Shown in pieces: positions 17,879 through 28,099 of a stretch of 64,000 nt of DNA. Source of the stretch: Planctomycetota bacterium. GTDB lineage: Bacteria; Planctomycetota; PLA2; JAEUHO01. The notes beneath the pieces were generated by a model. The model worked only from the letters and a program-made list of their open reading frames with translations. It was not told the DNA's origin and searched no databases. The stretch lies in NCBI GenBank assembly GCA_965222115.1, contig CBDCTJ010000001.1:192001-256000 (forward strand), in the 5' to 3' direction. Within the stretch, counting starts at the first letter, position 1, and every line of letters starts with the position of its first letter. The position numbers and the translations under genes were made by a program.

Positions 17879-18919
17879 ATGAAGACGTACGAAGTGGATG
17901 AACTGGCCGCATTGGCCGGTGTTGCCCAGAGTCAGATTCGCGACTGGGAGGTCCAGGGCTACTTGGGCGAAGTCGAGAAGGACGAACAGGGCTACTCCAT
18001 CTACCGCTTCCCGCAAGCAGAACGGTGCGTAGAACTTGGCGGTCGTGGCATTCCACGTCGCATTTGTGTGGTGAATCAAAAGGGCGGTGTGGGCAAAACC
18101 ACCACGGCCTTTACGCTCGCAGCCGCCTTCGCCGACCTCGGACGTCGCGTGCTGGCTATCGACCTGGATGCACAGGCCAATCTCACGACGTCGTTTGGTT
18201 TGGATCCCGACGCGCTCGACCTCACCAGCGCCGACCTCTTTACCGACGAGCGTGTGGGCCCCGAAAACGTCATCCTGGAAACGGGTATCGAAGGCGTGCA
18301 TGCCATTCCCGCCGACATCACCATGTGCAATGTGGAAGCGCGCATTCAAGACGCCATCCAACGCGAGCGCATTCTCGACTCAAAGCTTGAGATGCTCTAC
18401 GACCGCTACCACATTATCTTGTTCGACTGCCCGCCCAACTTGAGTCGCATCACCATCAATGCACTGTGTGCCAGCCAAGAAGTTGTGGTGCCCATCGAAA
18501 CGCAGTCCTATTCCATCAAAGCTATCAGCGACTTGACGAACACGTTTTCGCTGCTCAAAGAAAAGATGGGCCACGAACTCGTTACGTGGATTCTTCCAAC
18601 AAAAGTCGACCGACGCATTCGATTGGCCACCGACATTTTGGAAGCCCTCGACGAAGCCTTTCGCGGGCGCATCCTCGATCCCATTCACGTCGATTCCAAT
18701 CTCGTGCGCGCGCCGCTCGTTTGCGAACCCGTAACACGCGCGTTTCCCACGTCGCGCTCTGCACTCGAGTACGCGCGTCTCGCTCGCTTCCTCACACTGC
18801 CCGACCAAGACCGCACGCAGTGGATGGCCATGACCCTCGACGAACGCCGCCGCATCATCGAACAGGTCGAACGCGAGCGTCACGAAGACAGCGACACCGG
18901 CGTTTCTCGCACTGGATAA
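17879..18919 (+). CDS. ParA/Soj-family ATPase with N-terminal MerR-like HTH
   Basis: NQKGGVGKTT, DLDAQAN, DCPP motifs; N-terminus ELAALAGVAQSQIRDWEVQGYL. Confidence 0.85.
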   Translation: MKTYEVDELAALAGVAQSQIRDWEVQGYLGEVEKDEQGYSIYRFPQAERCVELGGRGIPRRICVVNQKGGVGKTTTAFTLAAAFADLGRRVLAIDLDAQANLTTSFGLDPDALDLTSADLFTDERVGPENVILETGIEGVHAIPADITMCNVEARIQDAIQRERILDSKLEMLYDRYHIILFDCPPNLSRITINALCASQEVVVPIETQSYSIKAISDLTNTFSLLKEKMGHELVTWILPTKVDRRIRLATDILEALDEAFRGRILDPIHVDSNLVRAPLVCEPVTRAFPTSRSALEYARLARFLTLPDQDRTQWMAMTLDERRRIIEQVERERHEDSDTGVSRTG

Positions 18920-18940
18920 CGCGCCAGCGCACCCCGGTCG

Positions 18941-19045
18941 TGCGCCACAAAAGCCTGGCTTTTGTGGCGCATCGGGTGGCAGCGATCGGCGACAGAGGCC
19001 CATTCGCTCCGGCGTGCGCCAGAAATACCAGGTTTATTTGGCGCT
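18941..19045. repeat. Pair of ~31-bp palindromic (REP-like) elements between convergent genes
   Basis: Perfect palindrome TGCGCCACAAAAGCC-T-GGCTTTTGTGGCGCA at 18941-18971 and a degenerate copy from about 19015; same family at 48099-48184. Confidence 0.7.
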
Positions 19046-20131
19046 TTTGAGGAGGGCGGCGAGGTGGGTGAGGACGCGGACGGGGGAAATCTTGGTGAGG
19101 CAGGGGTGGCCCGGAATGGGGCAGGTGCGAAGGAAGCAGGGGCTGCAGGGCTCGGGGTCGTAGATGAGACGACAGGGCGCGGAGACGTTGGGACTTGACA
19201 CCACAGGATCGGTGGCACCAAAGATGGCGACGAGGGGAATGCCGAGGGCCGCGGACACGTGCATGGGGCCGGTATCGTTGGATACGACAGCATCGGCGGA
19301 CGCGATGACGCCCATAAGGGCACCTACGTCGGGTGTTTTTCCGACGCCGCGCAAGAGTTTCGGACCGGCAACGCGTGCAATCTTGTGTTCGACGAGCGCG
19401 GACTCGCTGGTGCCGACGGTGAGGACCTCGCAGCCCAACTCGTGAATCGCGGCGCGTGCGAGTTCGCCAAACTGCTGTGCCGACCAGCACTTTGCCGGTC
19501 CGTAGCTGGCACCAGGTTCGAGCACAACCAGCGGCTTATCCCGGTCGCGCCCGAGGCGAATGAGGATCGCGTCTGCGGCATCGCGGTGGTCCTTCGTCGG
19601 AATCGCACGCCATGCGGGAAGCGTGACATCGCCGAACGGCTTTGCGACCGCGGCATAGTAGGCACTGCGATGAAACGAACGGAGCGGACGCCAGTTTTCA
19701 ACGCGATGCGTGAGCATGCGACGGCGTCCGGTGGCGCCTAGGCCAAGTCGTGTGGGTATGCGAGCGAGCCAGGGAGCAATTGCGGCTCGCGTAGACCGCG
19801 GAAACACCACCGCCAAATCGAACTCATACGTACGAAGCCGGTTACGGCTAGCACGGAAATCGGCAAGACGTCGATCACGTCCGCACGGGACCGTCTCGGA
19901 TACGCCGGGAAGCAATGCCGCCAAGGGAAGAAAAGGGGCGGGTGCTGATGCAACGATGTGGGCCTGTGGATGTGCCTTCGCGATGGTGTGCACGGCAGGT
20001 GCCGCCATCACGATGTCACCCAACCAATTGGGCAGTCGGAGGAGAATGCGCCGCGCGTTTGCGTCGATGGACGGAATCGCTAGCGCGCCGAGGGCTGCTT
20101 GCGCGCCAGGATCAAGAAGCCCGCCCGCCAT
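19034..20131 (-). CDS. waaF: Lipopolysaccharide heptosyltransferase II (GT9)
   Basis: PNWLGDIVMA, PGASYGPAKCW, NDTGPMHVSAALG, IFGATDP, CSPCFLRTCP. Confidence 0.88.
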   Translation of the reverse strand: MAGGLLDPGAQAALGALAIPSIDANARRILLRLPNWLGDIVMAAPAVHTIAKAHPQAHIVASAPAPFLPLAALLPGVSETVPCGRDRRLADFRASRNRLRTYEFDLAVVFPRSTRAAIAPWLARIPTRLGLGATGRRRMLTHRVENWRPLRSFHRSAYYAAVAKPFGDVTLPAWRAIPTKDHRDAADAILIRLGRDRDKPLVVLEPGASYGPAKCWSAQQFGELARAAIHELGCEVLTVGTSESALVEHKIARVAGPKLLRGVGKTPDVGALMGVIASADAVVSNDTGPMHVSAALGIPLVAIFGATDPVVSSPNVSAPCRLIYDPEPCSPCFLRTCPIPGHPCLTKISPVRVLTHLAALLKSAK

Positions 20132-20154
20132 GACGTGGGGATCGGTCGTTGACG

Positions 20155-20337
20155 CTATTTAAACTGCGCCGCTGTGGGCTGCGCACCGACCAAGTACGTC
20201 ACGAGATACACCACCGCAACGAGGTAGAGGAAGCCCAGAAAGCCCAAGAACCACTTGGGGGCCGGTGCGTCACCTTCAATAATCCCCGCATCTTCAAAGA
20301 CGTGTTCGCCGTGTCCCGAATCCGACGCTGAACTCAT
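20155..20337 (-). CDS. Small membrane protein resembling the N-terminal (FixP_N) segment of cbb3 CcoP
   Basis: HVFEDAGIIEGDAPAPKWF followed by a TM helix, like the CcoP HxxDGIxExDNPxPxW motif; at the end of the cco operon. Confidence 0.6.
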   Translation of the reverse strand: MSSASDSGHGEHVFEDAGIIEGDAPAPKWFLGFLGFLYLVAVVYLVTYLVGAQPTAAQFK

Positions 20338-20394
20338 CTGACCCTACCTCTCTGCTTGCAAGCAATCCCGTGCGCACCGCCACGTAAGTGAGCG

Positions 20395-20619
20395 TCACGA
20401 CTTGGCTTGCATGGCTTTCGCGGACTTTGCCTCCGCGCCCTCCGCTTTGGGCGTATACCAAACCTGTCGATCTTGCTCGAGCATGGCCTCCGCAACCGCA
20501 TCGGGGTCATCGAACTGACCCGTGCGAATGCTCCACGCGAATACAAGCCAGGCCGCCAACCCCATGAGGAGGCAAACGGCGAAGATCCACCAGATGACGG
20601 ATACGGCGAGCGGAATCAT
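20395..20619 (-). CDS. ccoS: cbb3-type oxidase assembly protein CcoS
   Basis: TM helix followed by FAWSIRTGQFDD. Confidence 0.8.
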   Translation of the reverse strand: MIPLAVSVIWWIFAVCLLMGLAAWLVFAWSIRTGQFDDPDAVAEAMLEQDRQVWYTPKAEGAEAKSAKAMQAKS

Positions 20620-20650
20620 GCCCGCATTCTACGTCGCGACCGGACCGAGG

Positions 20651-22768
20651 TCACGACGAGGATCGGGGCTCAGGCAGCTCTTTTGATTCGCGCGCCAATT
20701 CACTCCCGAGTTCGGCCCGCAGGCGCAATGAATTGCCGATCACGCAGAGGCTCGACACGATCATGGCCAGGGCCGCGAGCAGAGGCGGCAGCCCCATCCA
20801 CACCGCCCACACGACTGCGGCGAGGTTGTAGCCGAAGGCCCATACCAAGTTCCAGATGACGGCCCGCCGGGTCTTGCGCGCGGCACCAAAGAGCAGCGGA
20901 ATGCGCGCGAGATCGGCGCCGAGCAGACTCACATCGGCTGACTCTCGCGCCAAGTCGGTTCCGCTCCCCACAGCGATACCAAGATCGGCTGCGGCCAATG
21001 CGGGTGCGTCATTGATTCCGTCCCCCACGAACACCACGGCCCCCTCGGTTTGCCCCGTGAGACGCGCCACGACGTCCACCTTTTCAGCGGGAAGCAATCC
21101 GCCATGCGCGTGTTCATTCGGCACGTGGAGTTGCGCGGCGATCGCGTGAACAACAGTCTGAGCATCGCCCGATACCAGGTGAACCCCAACGCCCTCGCCT
21201 CGCAGTCGCTCAACAGCTGCGTGCGAACTCTGCCGCAACGGATCGCTGAGTGAGATCGTGCCTACCAATTTGTCGTTGCGCATGACCACCACATCGGACG
21301 ACGAAGCGTCGCCCGCCAACCAGGCAGAGGAACCTACGCGAACCACGTCGCCATTCTTGAACGTGGCTTCGATGCCTCGCCCTGCGTTCACATGCATCGC
21401 GTTCGGTCGCTCCAGCGTAATGTCCTCGCGCCGCGCCTCGTCTACGATGCCGCGCGCCCACGGGTGTTCACTTTCGAGTTCCGCGGAAGCGGCCCAGCGC
21501 AGCAACGATTCGCGCGACTCATTGGCAGACGGTGTCAATTCATCAACACGCGGCGCTCCCTGTGTAAGGGTACCCGTCTTGTCAAAGGCCACAACGGCAA
21601 CGCGTCGGAGCGCTGCGAGGGCTTCACCATGGCGAACAAGAATGCCGTGTTCCGCAAGTCGGCCGAGCGCGGCCGTAACGGCAAGCGGCGTTGCAATGCC
21701 AAGCGCACATGGACACGCAACCACCAACACACTTAGTGCGTGAAAACACGCGGGCTCAAAGCCCTTGCCCCCCACCACGATGTCGTAGATCGCAACGACG
21801 ATGGCAAGCAGGATCACTAGCGGCACAAAGACGGTGGCCACACGGTCCACGAGGCGTTCCATCGGACTTCGCCGCGCACGCGCCTCCACCAAGATGCGTT
21901 GCACCTCCGCCACGACGGTATCGCGCCCCACGGCCGATGCTCGAACGTCGATCGCGCCGTCAAGTGGCACGGTCATGGCACGTACGACGTCATTAAGACC
22001 CACGACGCGAGGACGCGCTTCGCCGGTGAGCGCCGCTTCCTCGACTCGCGCGCCACCGGAGACGACAACGCCATCCACCGGAATGCGCTCGCCCGGTTTG
22101 ACGCGCACGACGTCATCCACGGCAAGCTGTGATACATCGACATCGATCGTTTCGCCCGTGGGCACGACCCGCCGCGCCGACCGTTGATCGTCACTCAAGA
22201 ACCGCCGCAGACTCGCGCTTGTCTGTCGCTTGGCAGCGGCTTCAATCCAACGACCGACGGTCATGAGTGTGGCAAGTCCGGCCGCGGTATCAAAGTAAAG
22301 CGGCTCGCGCTCGCCTTTGAGCAACGTAAAACAACTCACGCCGTACGTGGCGGTGATGCCCAGTGCCACCAACACATCGGCACCCACGCGACCGGATTGC
22401 AACTGCTTGACAGCGCTCCACACATACGGCACGCCCAGCAAGAGCATGACCGGCGTACACAGAATCCACTGAGCGATGGGAGCAATGGAAGCATAGCTTT
22501 CGCGATCTATCGCTGTCGGATCGAGATACACCACCCACTGAATGAACATGACGACCATTGTGAGCAGAAAGCCGAGGCCCAGGCGCGCAAGCAATGACGC
22601 CGACTCACTGCCCCCCTCGCGCTTGACGTCGCCCGCAAGCCGAAAGGCAATCGAACACCCCACACAACAGAAGTGCGCCTCGACGTCCTTGATGGCGCGC
22701 GTCACACGACCGGCCCCCGCTGGAAGTTGGCAGTGTTCACAGAAGAGCGGTGCGCTTGCTTCGTTCAC
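20651..22768 (-). CDS. ccoI: Copper-translocating P1B ATPase (CcoI-like)
   Basis: CEHC/FCCVGC N-terminus; TGE, CPCALG, DKTGT, SEHP, GDGINDAP motifs. Confidence 0.88.
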   Translation of the reverse strand: MNEASAPLFCEHCQLPAGAGRVTRAIKDVEAHFCCVGCSIAFRLAGDVKREGGSESASLLARLGLGFLLTMVVMFIQWVVYLDPTAIDRESYASIAPIAQWILCTPVMLLLGVPYVWSAVKQLQSGRVGADVLVALGITATYGVSCFTLLKGEREPLYFDTAAGLATLMTVGRWIEAAAKRQTSASLRRFLSDDQRSARRVVPTGETIDVDVSQLAVDDVVRVKPGERIPVDGVVVSGGARVEEAALTGEARPRVVGLNDVVRAMTVPLDGAIDVRASAVGRDTVVAEVQRILVEARARRSPMERLVDRVATVFVPLVILLAIVVAIYDIVVGGKGFEPACFHALSVLVVACPCALGIATPLAVTAALGRLAEHGILVRHGEALAALRRVAVVAFDKTGTLTQGAPRVDELTPSANESRESLLRWAASAELESEHPWARGIVDEARREDITLERPNAMHVNAGRGIEATFKNGDVVRVGSSAWLAGDASSSDVVVMRNDKLVGTISLSDPLRQSSHAAVERLRGEGVGVHLVSGDAQTVVHAIAAQLHVPNEHAHGGLLPAEKVDVVARLTGQTEGAVVFVGDGINDAPALAAADLGIAVGSGTDLARESADVSLLGADLARIPLLFGAARKTRRAVIWNLVWAFGYNLAAVVWAVWMGLPPLLAALAMIVSSLCVIGNSLRLRAELGSELARESKELPEPRSSS

Positions 22769-22780
22769 ACGATCATTCTG

Positions 22781-23473
22781 CTAGAGATGATGATGCCCAT
22801 GACCAAAGAGACCGTGGAGAAACTCGGGAAACGCACCGCGAATGGCCGTAACGAGGCCCAAAAGAATGATCCACACGCCCGCCACCCGAACCATACGACG
22901 ACGCAGGGCCGGTCCCATGGCGGAACCACCGAGAACCACTGCCATCAACGCGGGCATGCTGGCGAGACCGAGAATGGCCATTACAAGTATGGCGCGAAAG
23001 AGGGAACCCTGTTCAAGGGCCGCTGCGAGAAACGCATACACCAATGGACACGGTAAAAACCCGGTGAGCATGCCCATGGCTGCCGGCGCCGCGGCGCCCC
23101 GCATATTGACCACGCTCTTCACCGCGCGTCCGTACAGCGAGTCAGGGCCAAAGAGTCCCCCCACGGGAAGCTCTTTCAACACGCCCAGGAATTGAAGTCC
23201 GGCCACGATCATGAGCAGGCCAGCCAAGACGGAGAGCAGCGTTTGCACGGCCGAAAACCATGGCGCCTTCACTAGCGCTACGCCCGCGATCCCAACGATG
23301 GCACCGAGAAACACATAGGTAAGCGTCTTGCCCAAGTGAAACAGCACTTGCGTGGCAATGCGCGAGGACGCAGTGCGTTCGGATCGGTCCACGGCAAGCA
23401 CAAAACCGCCGCACATCCCAACGCAATGAAACGAGCCGAGTAGTCCGGCGGTTAAGAGCGCCCACATCGGCAA
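22781..23473 (-). CDS. DsbD_2/TauE-like membrane protein associated with cbb3 maturation
   Basis: GSFHCVGMCGG and GFLPCPLVY motifs; multi-TM. Confidence 0.85.
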   Translation of the reverse strand: MPMWALLTAGLLGSFHCVGMCGGFVLAVDRSERTASSRIATQVLFHLGKTLTYVFLGAIVGIAGVALVKAPWFSAVQTLLSVLAGLLMIVAGLQFLGVLKELPVGGLFGPDSLYGRAVKSVVNMRGAAAPAAMGMLTGFLPCPLVYAFLAAALEQGSLFRAILVMAILGLASMPALMAVVLGGSAMGPALRRRMVRVAGVWIILLGLVTAIRGAFPEFLHGLFGHGHHHL

Positions 23474-23492
23474 GCGCTCCTCACGATGCCTC

Positions 23493-25523
23493 TTATTCTT
23501 CTTCCATGATGTTGGGCCATTCGAGACCCGACAGGTGCATCACGTAGTAGACGAGCGCCCAGTCATCGCCGAAGACCCATTCGTCATCGACGACTTCGCT
23601 GCGGACGAGTGACTCGACGTACTCGGTGACGGTGCCGTCTTCGCCGGTTTCGGTGACCACACCCTCAAGATTCTCGTCCTTCAATGGAATGAAGAGCGAA
23701 CGGCGGGCACGCTTTGCGAGCTTGGCGATCTCGTCTTCGGATGCACCGGCCTTCTTCGCGGCTTTCAATGCATCGGCTTGATCAAATGCATTTTCAAAGT
23801 CGACGATGTTGGCCGGCATACCAGTGCCTTCCAGACCCGTCATGATGGTACGATAGAGGTCTTGGGGTGTTGCGCCCGCGCGGTAGCGCATCTCGGGCTG
23901 ATCACGATCGCTGCGAGGCGCGAAGTCGCGCGGCCGCACTATGCCGCCGTTGTCCTTTGTCGTGCCATTCCAACCGGGACCATCACCGCGGCCTGTAGCA
24001 CCGTGGCAGTTGCTGCACTTCATTGCCGAGTACATCATTTTGCCGCGTGCCAAGATCTCTTCTTCCATCTCCGGATCGAGCGGCGGTACGGGAGGCACGG
24101 CGAGTGCTGCGTCGTCGTCGTCCCACGGCTTGCCACGGTCCCCGTCGGTGGTCTCTGCGAAGTGCTTGAGGTAGTCGACAAGAATCCAGAGATTCTCGTC
24201 ACCGAGTTTTCGCCAATCGGGCATCGAGGTGCCCGGCAAACCGCGATAGAGCGTGCGATAGAGATCGCCATCCAGCGGACGGTTGCCGACGGTTGTGCTG
24301 CGGTAGCGATACTTGGCTCGCGTAAAGTCGCGCGGACGAATGCGAAGCCATTGAGCGGCCTCACCATTGCCGCGGCCCTCTGCGCCGTGACACGGAGCAC
24401 AGTTTTCCACGTAGAGCTCTTCGCCCTTACGCAGTCGCGTGTCCCACTCAGGGTTCGCCTTGCGCCACGCCTTCATGAGTACGTCGTACTCGCGAATCGT
24501 GTCGTCTCGCTCCTGCAAATCCTCTTTGGATGCCTTTTCAAGCGCCAAACCGTACATCCGTGCTTCCACAGCGCGCATGGGCATGAGCCCGTCGGCAATG
24601 GAGACGGTCCAGTCCTCTGTGTCGTCGCCTTCACCAGTCGCCTTCTCTATAAGTACGTCTTCGACACCCTTCATGGGTGGCGTGTAAGCACGCGTGGGCG
24701 TTCCTCCGGGGATGGGCCTACGCCACTTGCCAATCGCAATGCCGAGGCGCTGCAAATAGGCCACGAGGTCTTTCGCTTCCTGAGTGGGACGCGGACGGAT
24801 GTCGTAGTCGGTCAAGAGGCCGTCACCTACGTCTCGACCTGTCCACTCGTCTTTGTAGGACCCGTCTCGAACATCGTCGCCGCTCAGTGAGTGAGCCTTT
24901 GTTGGTGCAAGTACGCCGCCTGCGTCAATACGAGCGATACGAACTTCCTTGAGCACATCAAGACCACCAGGCCATACCGACTTGTCGTCAAACTTAGGGG
25001 AAACGATGCCGTCCCCGTCGGTGTCGAGGGCTCGCAACAACTTGCCGGCCTCTTCCGCGTTCCCCCAAGGCTTGAACAACCAGGTGAACGCCGGCATGAC
25101 CGACGTGCCCACCGTGTAGCGTGGGTTGTAGAGATGGGCCATCTGCCAATCGTCGTGACGGCGACCGCCTTCGCGCGCGAGGTCGGGGCCGATTCGGCGC
25201 GTCGAAAACAAATGCGGCTGATCCACCATGCTCTCGCCCGCTTGGCTCACGGGTCCCCAACGCACGTCCTCTTCATTCACAGGACGAACAAACTGGCTGT
25301 GGCAGTGCCAACAAATCTCGCGAATGTAAATCTCACGCCCACGGGCTTCCTGCTCGGTGTACTCGGGAACCGGAATCTTTTCGCCGGTCTCAAAGTGGCG
25401 CACCATGGGTATGGCGGCGTCGGTCATGATGTGAGGCGCCACAATCAGCAGGCAAAAGGCAAATGCGTAACACAGCACGCCGCCAATAATCGCGATGCCA
25501 CCAAATCGTTCGAAGAAGTTCAT
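23493..25523 (-). CDS. ccoO: cbb3 oxidase subunit II (CcoO) fused to two further cytochrome c domains
   Basis: GREIYIREICWHCHSQFVRP, RIGPDLAREG, SVMP; additional CAPCH and CSNCH. Confidence 0.85.
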   Translation of the reverse strand: MNFFERFGGIAIIGGVLCYAFAFCLLIVAPHIMTDAAIPMVRHFETGEKIPVPEYTEQEARGREIYIREICWHCHSQFVRPVNEEDVRWGPVSQAGESMVDQPHLFSTRRIGPDLAREGGRRHDDWQMAHLYNPRYTVGTSVMPAFTWLFKPWGNAEEAGKLLRALDTDGDGIVSPKFDDKSVWPGGLDVLKEVRIARIDAGGVLAPTKAHSLSGDDVRDGSYKDEWTGRDVGDGLLTDYDIRPRPTQEAKDLVAYLQRLGIAIGKWRRPIPGGTPTRAYTPPMKGVEDVLIEKATGEGDDTEDWTVSIADGLMPMRAVEARMYGLALEKASKEDLQERDDTIREYDVLMKAWRKANPEWDTRLRKGEELYVENCAPCHGAEGRGNGEAAQWLRIRPRDFTRAKYRYRSTTVGNRPLDGDLYRTLYRGLPGTSMPDWRKLGDENLWILVDYLKHFAETTDGDRGKPWDDDDAALAVPPVPPLDPEMEEEILARGKMMYSAMKCSNCHGATGRGDGPGWNGTTKDNGGIVRPRDFAPRSDRDQPEMRYRAGATPQDLYRTIMTGLEGTGMPANIVDFENAFDQADALKAAKKAGASEDEIAKLAKRARRSLFIPLKDENLEGVVTETGEDGTVTEYVESLVRSEVVDDEWVFGDDWALVYYVMHLSGLEWPNIMEEE

Positions 25524-25536
25524 TGCAGGTTCCCTT

Positions 25537-26991
25537 CTACGCCGCCGTGCCAGAGTCGTCGTCGCCGATCTCTGGCATTGTGATGGATTCGTGTGAGTCG
25601 TACGGCACGCGCTTGCCGCACGCCATGGTCATGATCATGTTGTAGAAAAAGAACGCGATGCCCACATCCATCATGGAGCCACCGAGCGTTCGCATAATCC
25701 AATAGGGCCGAATCGCCGTTACGGTGTCGATCCAACGCGTGTCGTCGGTCTGGAGCAAGGCGCCCTGGGCGAGACCCGCAATTGTTAGCGCTGCGAACAT
25801 GACGCCGAAGCCGAGGATCTGCAACCACCAGTGCCACGCCATGAGTTTCTGACTCCACACGCGACGACCGGTCACGCGCGGCAATACGTAATAGATGGCC
25901 GCCATCATCCAAACGATGAACGCGCCATAGACCGCACTGTGGGCGTGCCCAACGTTGTAATCACCGAAGTGTGTTAGCGCCTGCATATCGCGGAACGCCT
26001 CGGTGGGTCCCTGAATACACGTTGCGAGGTACCACACGGTGCCCAACACCGTAAGTTTCAAGGTGTAGTTGCGACCCGCGAACTGCTTCCACTCGCCGAA
26101 CATGGTTCCGAACATGTTGAGGACGAACGCGCCGACGGGAAGCATAAGCATCCACGACGCGGTGATTGCAATCGTCTGTGCCCAGTCAGCGATCGGGCTG
26201 TAGATGTAGTGGTGAACACCATTGAGAGGATAGAAGAATGCCAATCCCCAGAAGCCGATGAGCGACAACTTGTGGCTAAACAACTTCGCCTTCGTAGTGG
26301 CCGGCATCATGTAGTAGGCAACACCCAAGCCAAGCGGCGTAATCCACAGTCCCACCACGTTGTGGAGGTAGAAGCCATGCATTGCAGCGCTAGTAACACC
26401 CTTCATTTGCGGGAGGATGAGCGAACCGAGGGGCAGATTGATCACGCTCCACACAATGCCCGCGACCCAGTACCAGAGGCTCACGTACATGCGCGAATTC
26501 TCGCGCTTGATGATGGTGTGGAGGTACACGCCCACGGTGAGCACGATGCCCACGGTGGCAACGAGGTCCACGGCCATGGGGTATTCGCCGGCCTCGACCG
26601 GCTGGATGTAACCCAAGAGGATGCAGATTTCACCCGCCAATACGGCGAGGTTGAAGAAGCCGTAGCCCCACCACGCCATGCGCGTGCTCGTGAGCGGCCG
26701 TCCGCACAGCTTGGGAATCGCGTAGTTCATAAACGCGAAACATGCCGCGGTGAAGAAGCCGAACACAACACCGTTTACGTGTGCAACACGAAGTCGACCG
26801 AACTGCAGCCAGTGAATATTGCGAAGAAACTCGGGATCATCGAGCTTCATGGCCGCGATCAGGCCGAACACGGGCGTGATCACGCCCCAAAAGAGCGCCG
26901 TCATGATCCATGCGAGCGCCAACTGGCGGTTTACAAGTGGAACTTGCCCGGGGCTACGAGGCGGCTGGACTACCGCGGCTTCCGTGCTCAT
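25537..26991 (-). CDS. ccoN: cbb3-type cytochrome c oxidase subunit I
   Basis: FGRLRVAHVN, HNVVGLWITP, GVHHY, GHAH His ligands; about 12 TM. Confidence 0.92.
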   Translation of the reverse strand: MSTEAAVVQPPRSPGQVPLVNRQLALAWIMTALFWGVITPVFGLIAAMKLDDPEFLRNIHWLQFGRLRVAHVNGVVFGFFTAACFAFMNYAIPKLCGRPLTSTRMAWWGYGFFNLAVLAGEICILLGYIQPVEAGEYPMAVDLVATVGIVLTVGVYLHTIIKRENSRMYVSLWYWVAGIVWSVINLPLGSLILPQMKGVTSAAMHGFYLHNVVGLWITPLGLGVAYYMMPATTKAKLFSHKLSLIGFWGLAFFYPLNGVHHYIYSPIADWAQTIAITASWMLMLPVGAFVLNMFGTMFGEWKQFAGRNYTLKLTVLGTVWYLATCIQGPTEAFRDMQALTHFGDYNVGHAHSAVYGAFIVWMMAAIYYVLPRVTGRRVWSQKLMAWHWWLQILGFGVMFAALTIAGLAQGALLQTDDTRWIDTVTAIRPYWIMRTLGGSMMDVGIAFFFYNMIMTMACGKRVPYDSHESITMPEIGDDDSGTAA

Positions 26992-27073
26992 CGCTTCCTC
27001 CCGTTTCGACCCGACCCGCGACCCTCACCGCGAGCACGCACCCTGCCCTTCTCGAGACTTTCGCGCGAACTTT

Positions 27074-28099
27074 CTATTTACCGACGGGCATCTTGAAGTC
27101 GGCCGTGGCCGTTTCGCCTGCCTTGACTTCAATCTCGCGCGTCTCCACCCAATCGTCGCCGTAGTTGTAGGACGAGATCTTGCCGCCTGTGCCCATGACC
27201 GGCACTTCAACGATGCTCTCGTGCCAAACCTCTAGGGTGTACTTGCCCGGAGGCACGTCGCTGATCGTGAACTGACCATCCGTGCCCGTGACGGCGAAGT
27301 AAGGATTGGTTACGGCATGCAAGTAGGCATTCATCCAGGGGTGAATATCGCACTTGACAATGTACTTGCCCGGCTTCTTCATCTTTGTATCGGCCGTACT
27401 CATGGGCTCAGCCCCGGCAGGCGTCGTGATGTTGCACCACGTGTTGGCAAACGAACCGAAGTAGCCGTGAATGTTGTGCTCCGTGTTGTCGGAGTTACCA
27501 AACTTCATCTTCGTTCCGGCGCGAACGACTTTTACGTGCGGGATGTACTTGCATGCCTTCTGATCGAGAACCGCGGTGGGCTTCTTTTCGGCCATGGGCC
27601 CTGTCCAGGCTTTGCCCGTCTTCACATCGAGGAGGCGCACGACGCAGTTAGCAAGCGTAAGCGTCTTGGGATCAAACACGCAGCGTTCACTTGGATGCGA
27701 TTCATGCCCACACTTGGCCGTATCGCGATCGAGCTTCACGTCTTTCACGGTGGGTGCCGATGCCAACGTAATGGTCCCGCTGATCGTTCCGCCCCCTTCA
27801 ACGGTCATGGGCTTGTACTTGGTGCCTTTGCCCTTTTTCTTACTCCGTCGCTTGGCGGGCGTTGCTGTGGCGCCCTTCTTTGACGACGAAGACGTTTTCG
27901 GTGCGTCGACCCGCGTTTCACCGACTTCAAGGTCAACACCGCCGCCTTGCTTGGGCGCTGCATCAGCCAGTTCCCAATTCACACCGTAGCGCTTAACCCC
28001 GGGGCCATTCAAGTCCACCTCGTCGCTGTCACACCCACCGAGTGGAAGGAGCGAGAGGACGGCCAAACCCGCAAACACGCGCGTGAGATTTCGATGCAT
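27074..28099 (-). CDS. Lipoprotein with cupredoxin-like copper-site motif and carboxypeptidase-regulatory-like domain
   Basis: Lipobox LGGC; HNIH...CDIHPWM; DGQFTISDVPPGKYTLEVWHE. Confidence 0.7.
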   Translation of the reverse strand: MHRNLTRVFAGLAVLSLLPLGGCDSDEVDLNGPGVKRYGVNWELADAAPKQGGGVDLEVGETRVDAPKTSSSSKKGATATPAKRRSKKKGKGTKYKPMTVEGGGTISGTITLASAPTVKDVKLDRDTAKCGHESHPSERCVFDPKTLTLANCVVRLLDVKTGKAWTGPMAEKKPTAVLDQKACKYIPHVKVVRAGTKMKFGNSDNTEHNIHGYFGSFANTWCNITTPAGAEPMSTADTKMKKPGKYIVKCDIHPWMNAYLHAVTNPYFAVTGTDGQFTISDVPPGKYTLEVWHESIVEVPVMGTGGKISSYNYGDDWVETREIEVKAGETATADFKMPVGK

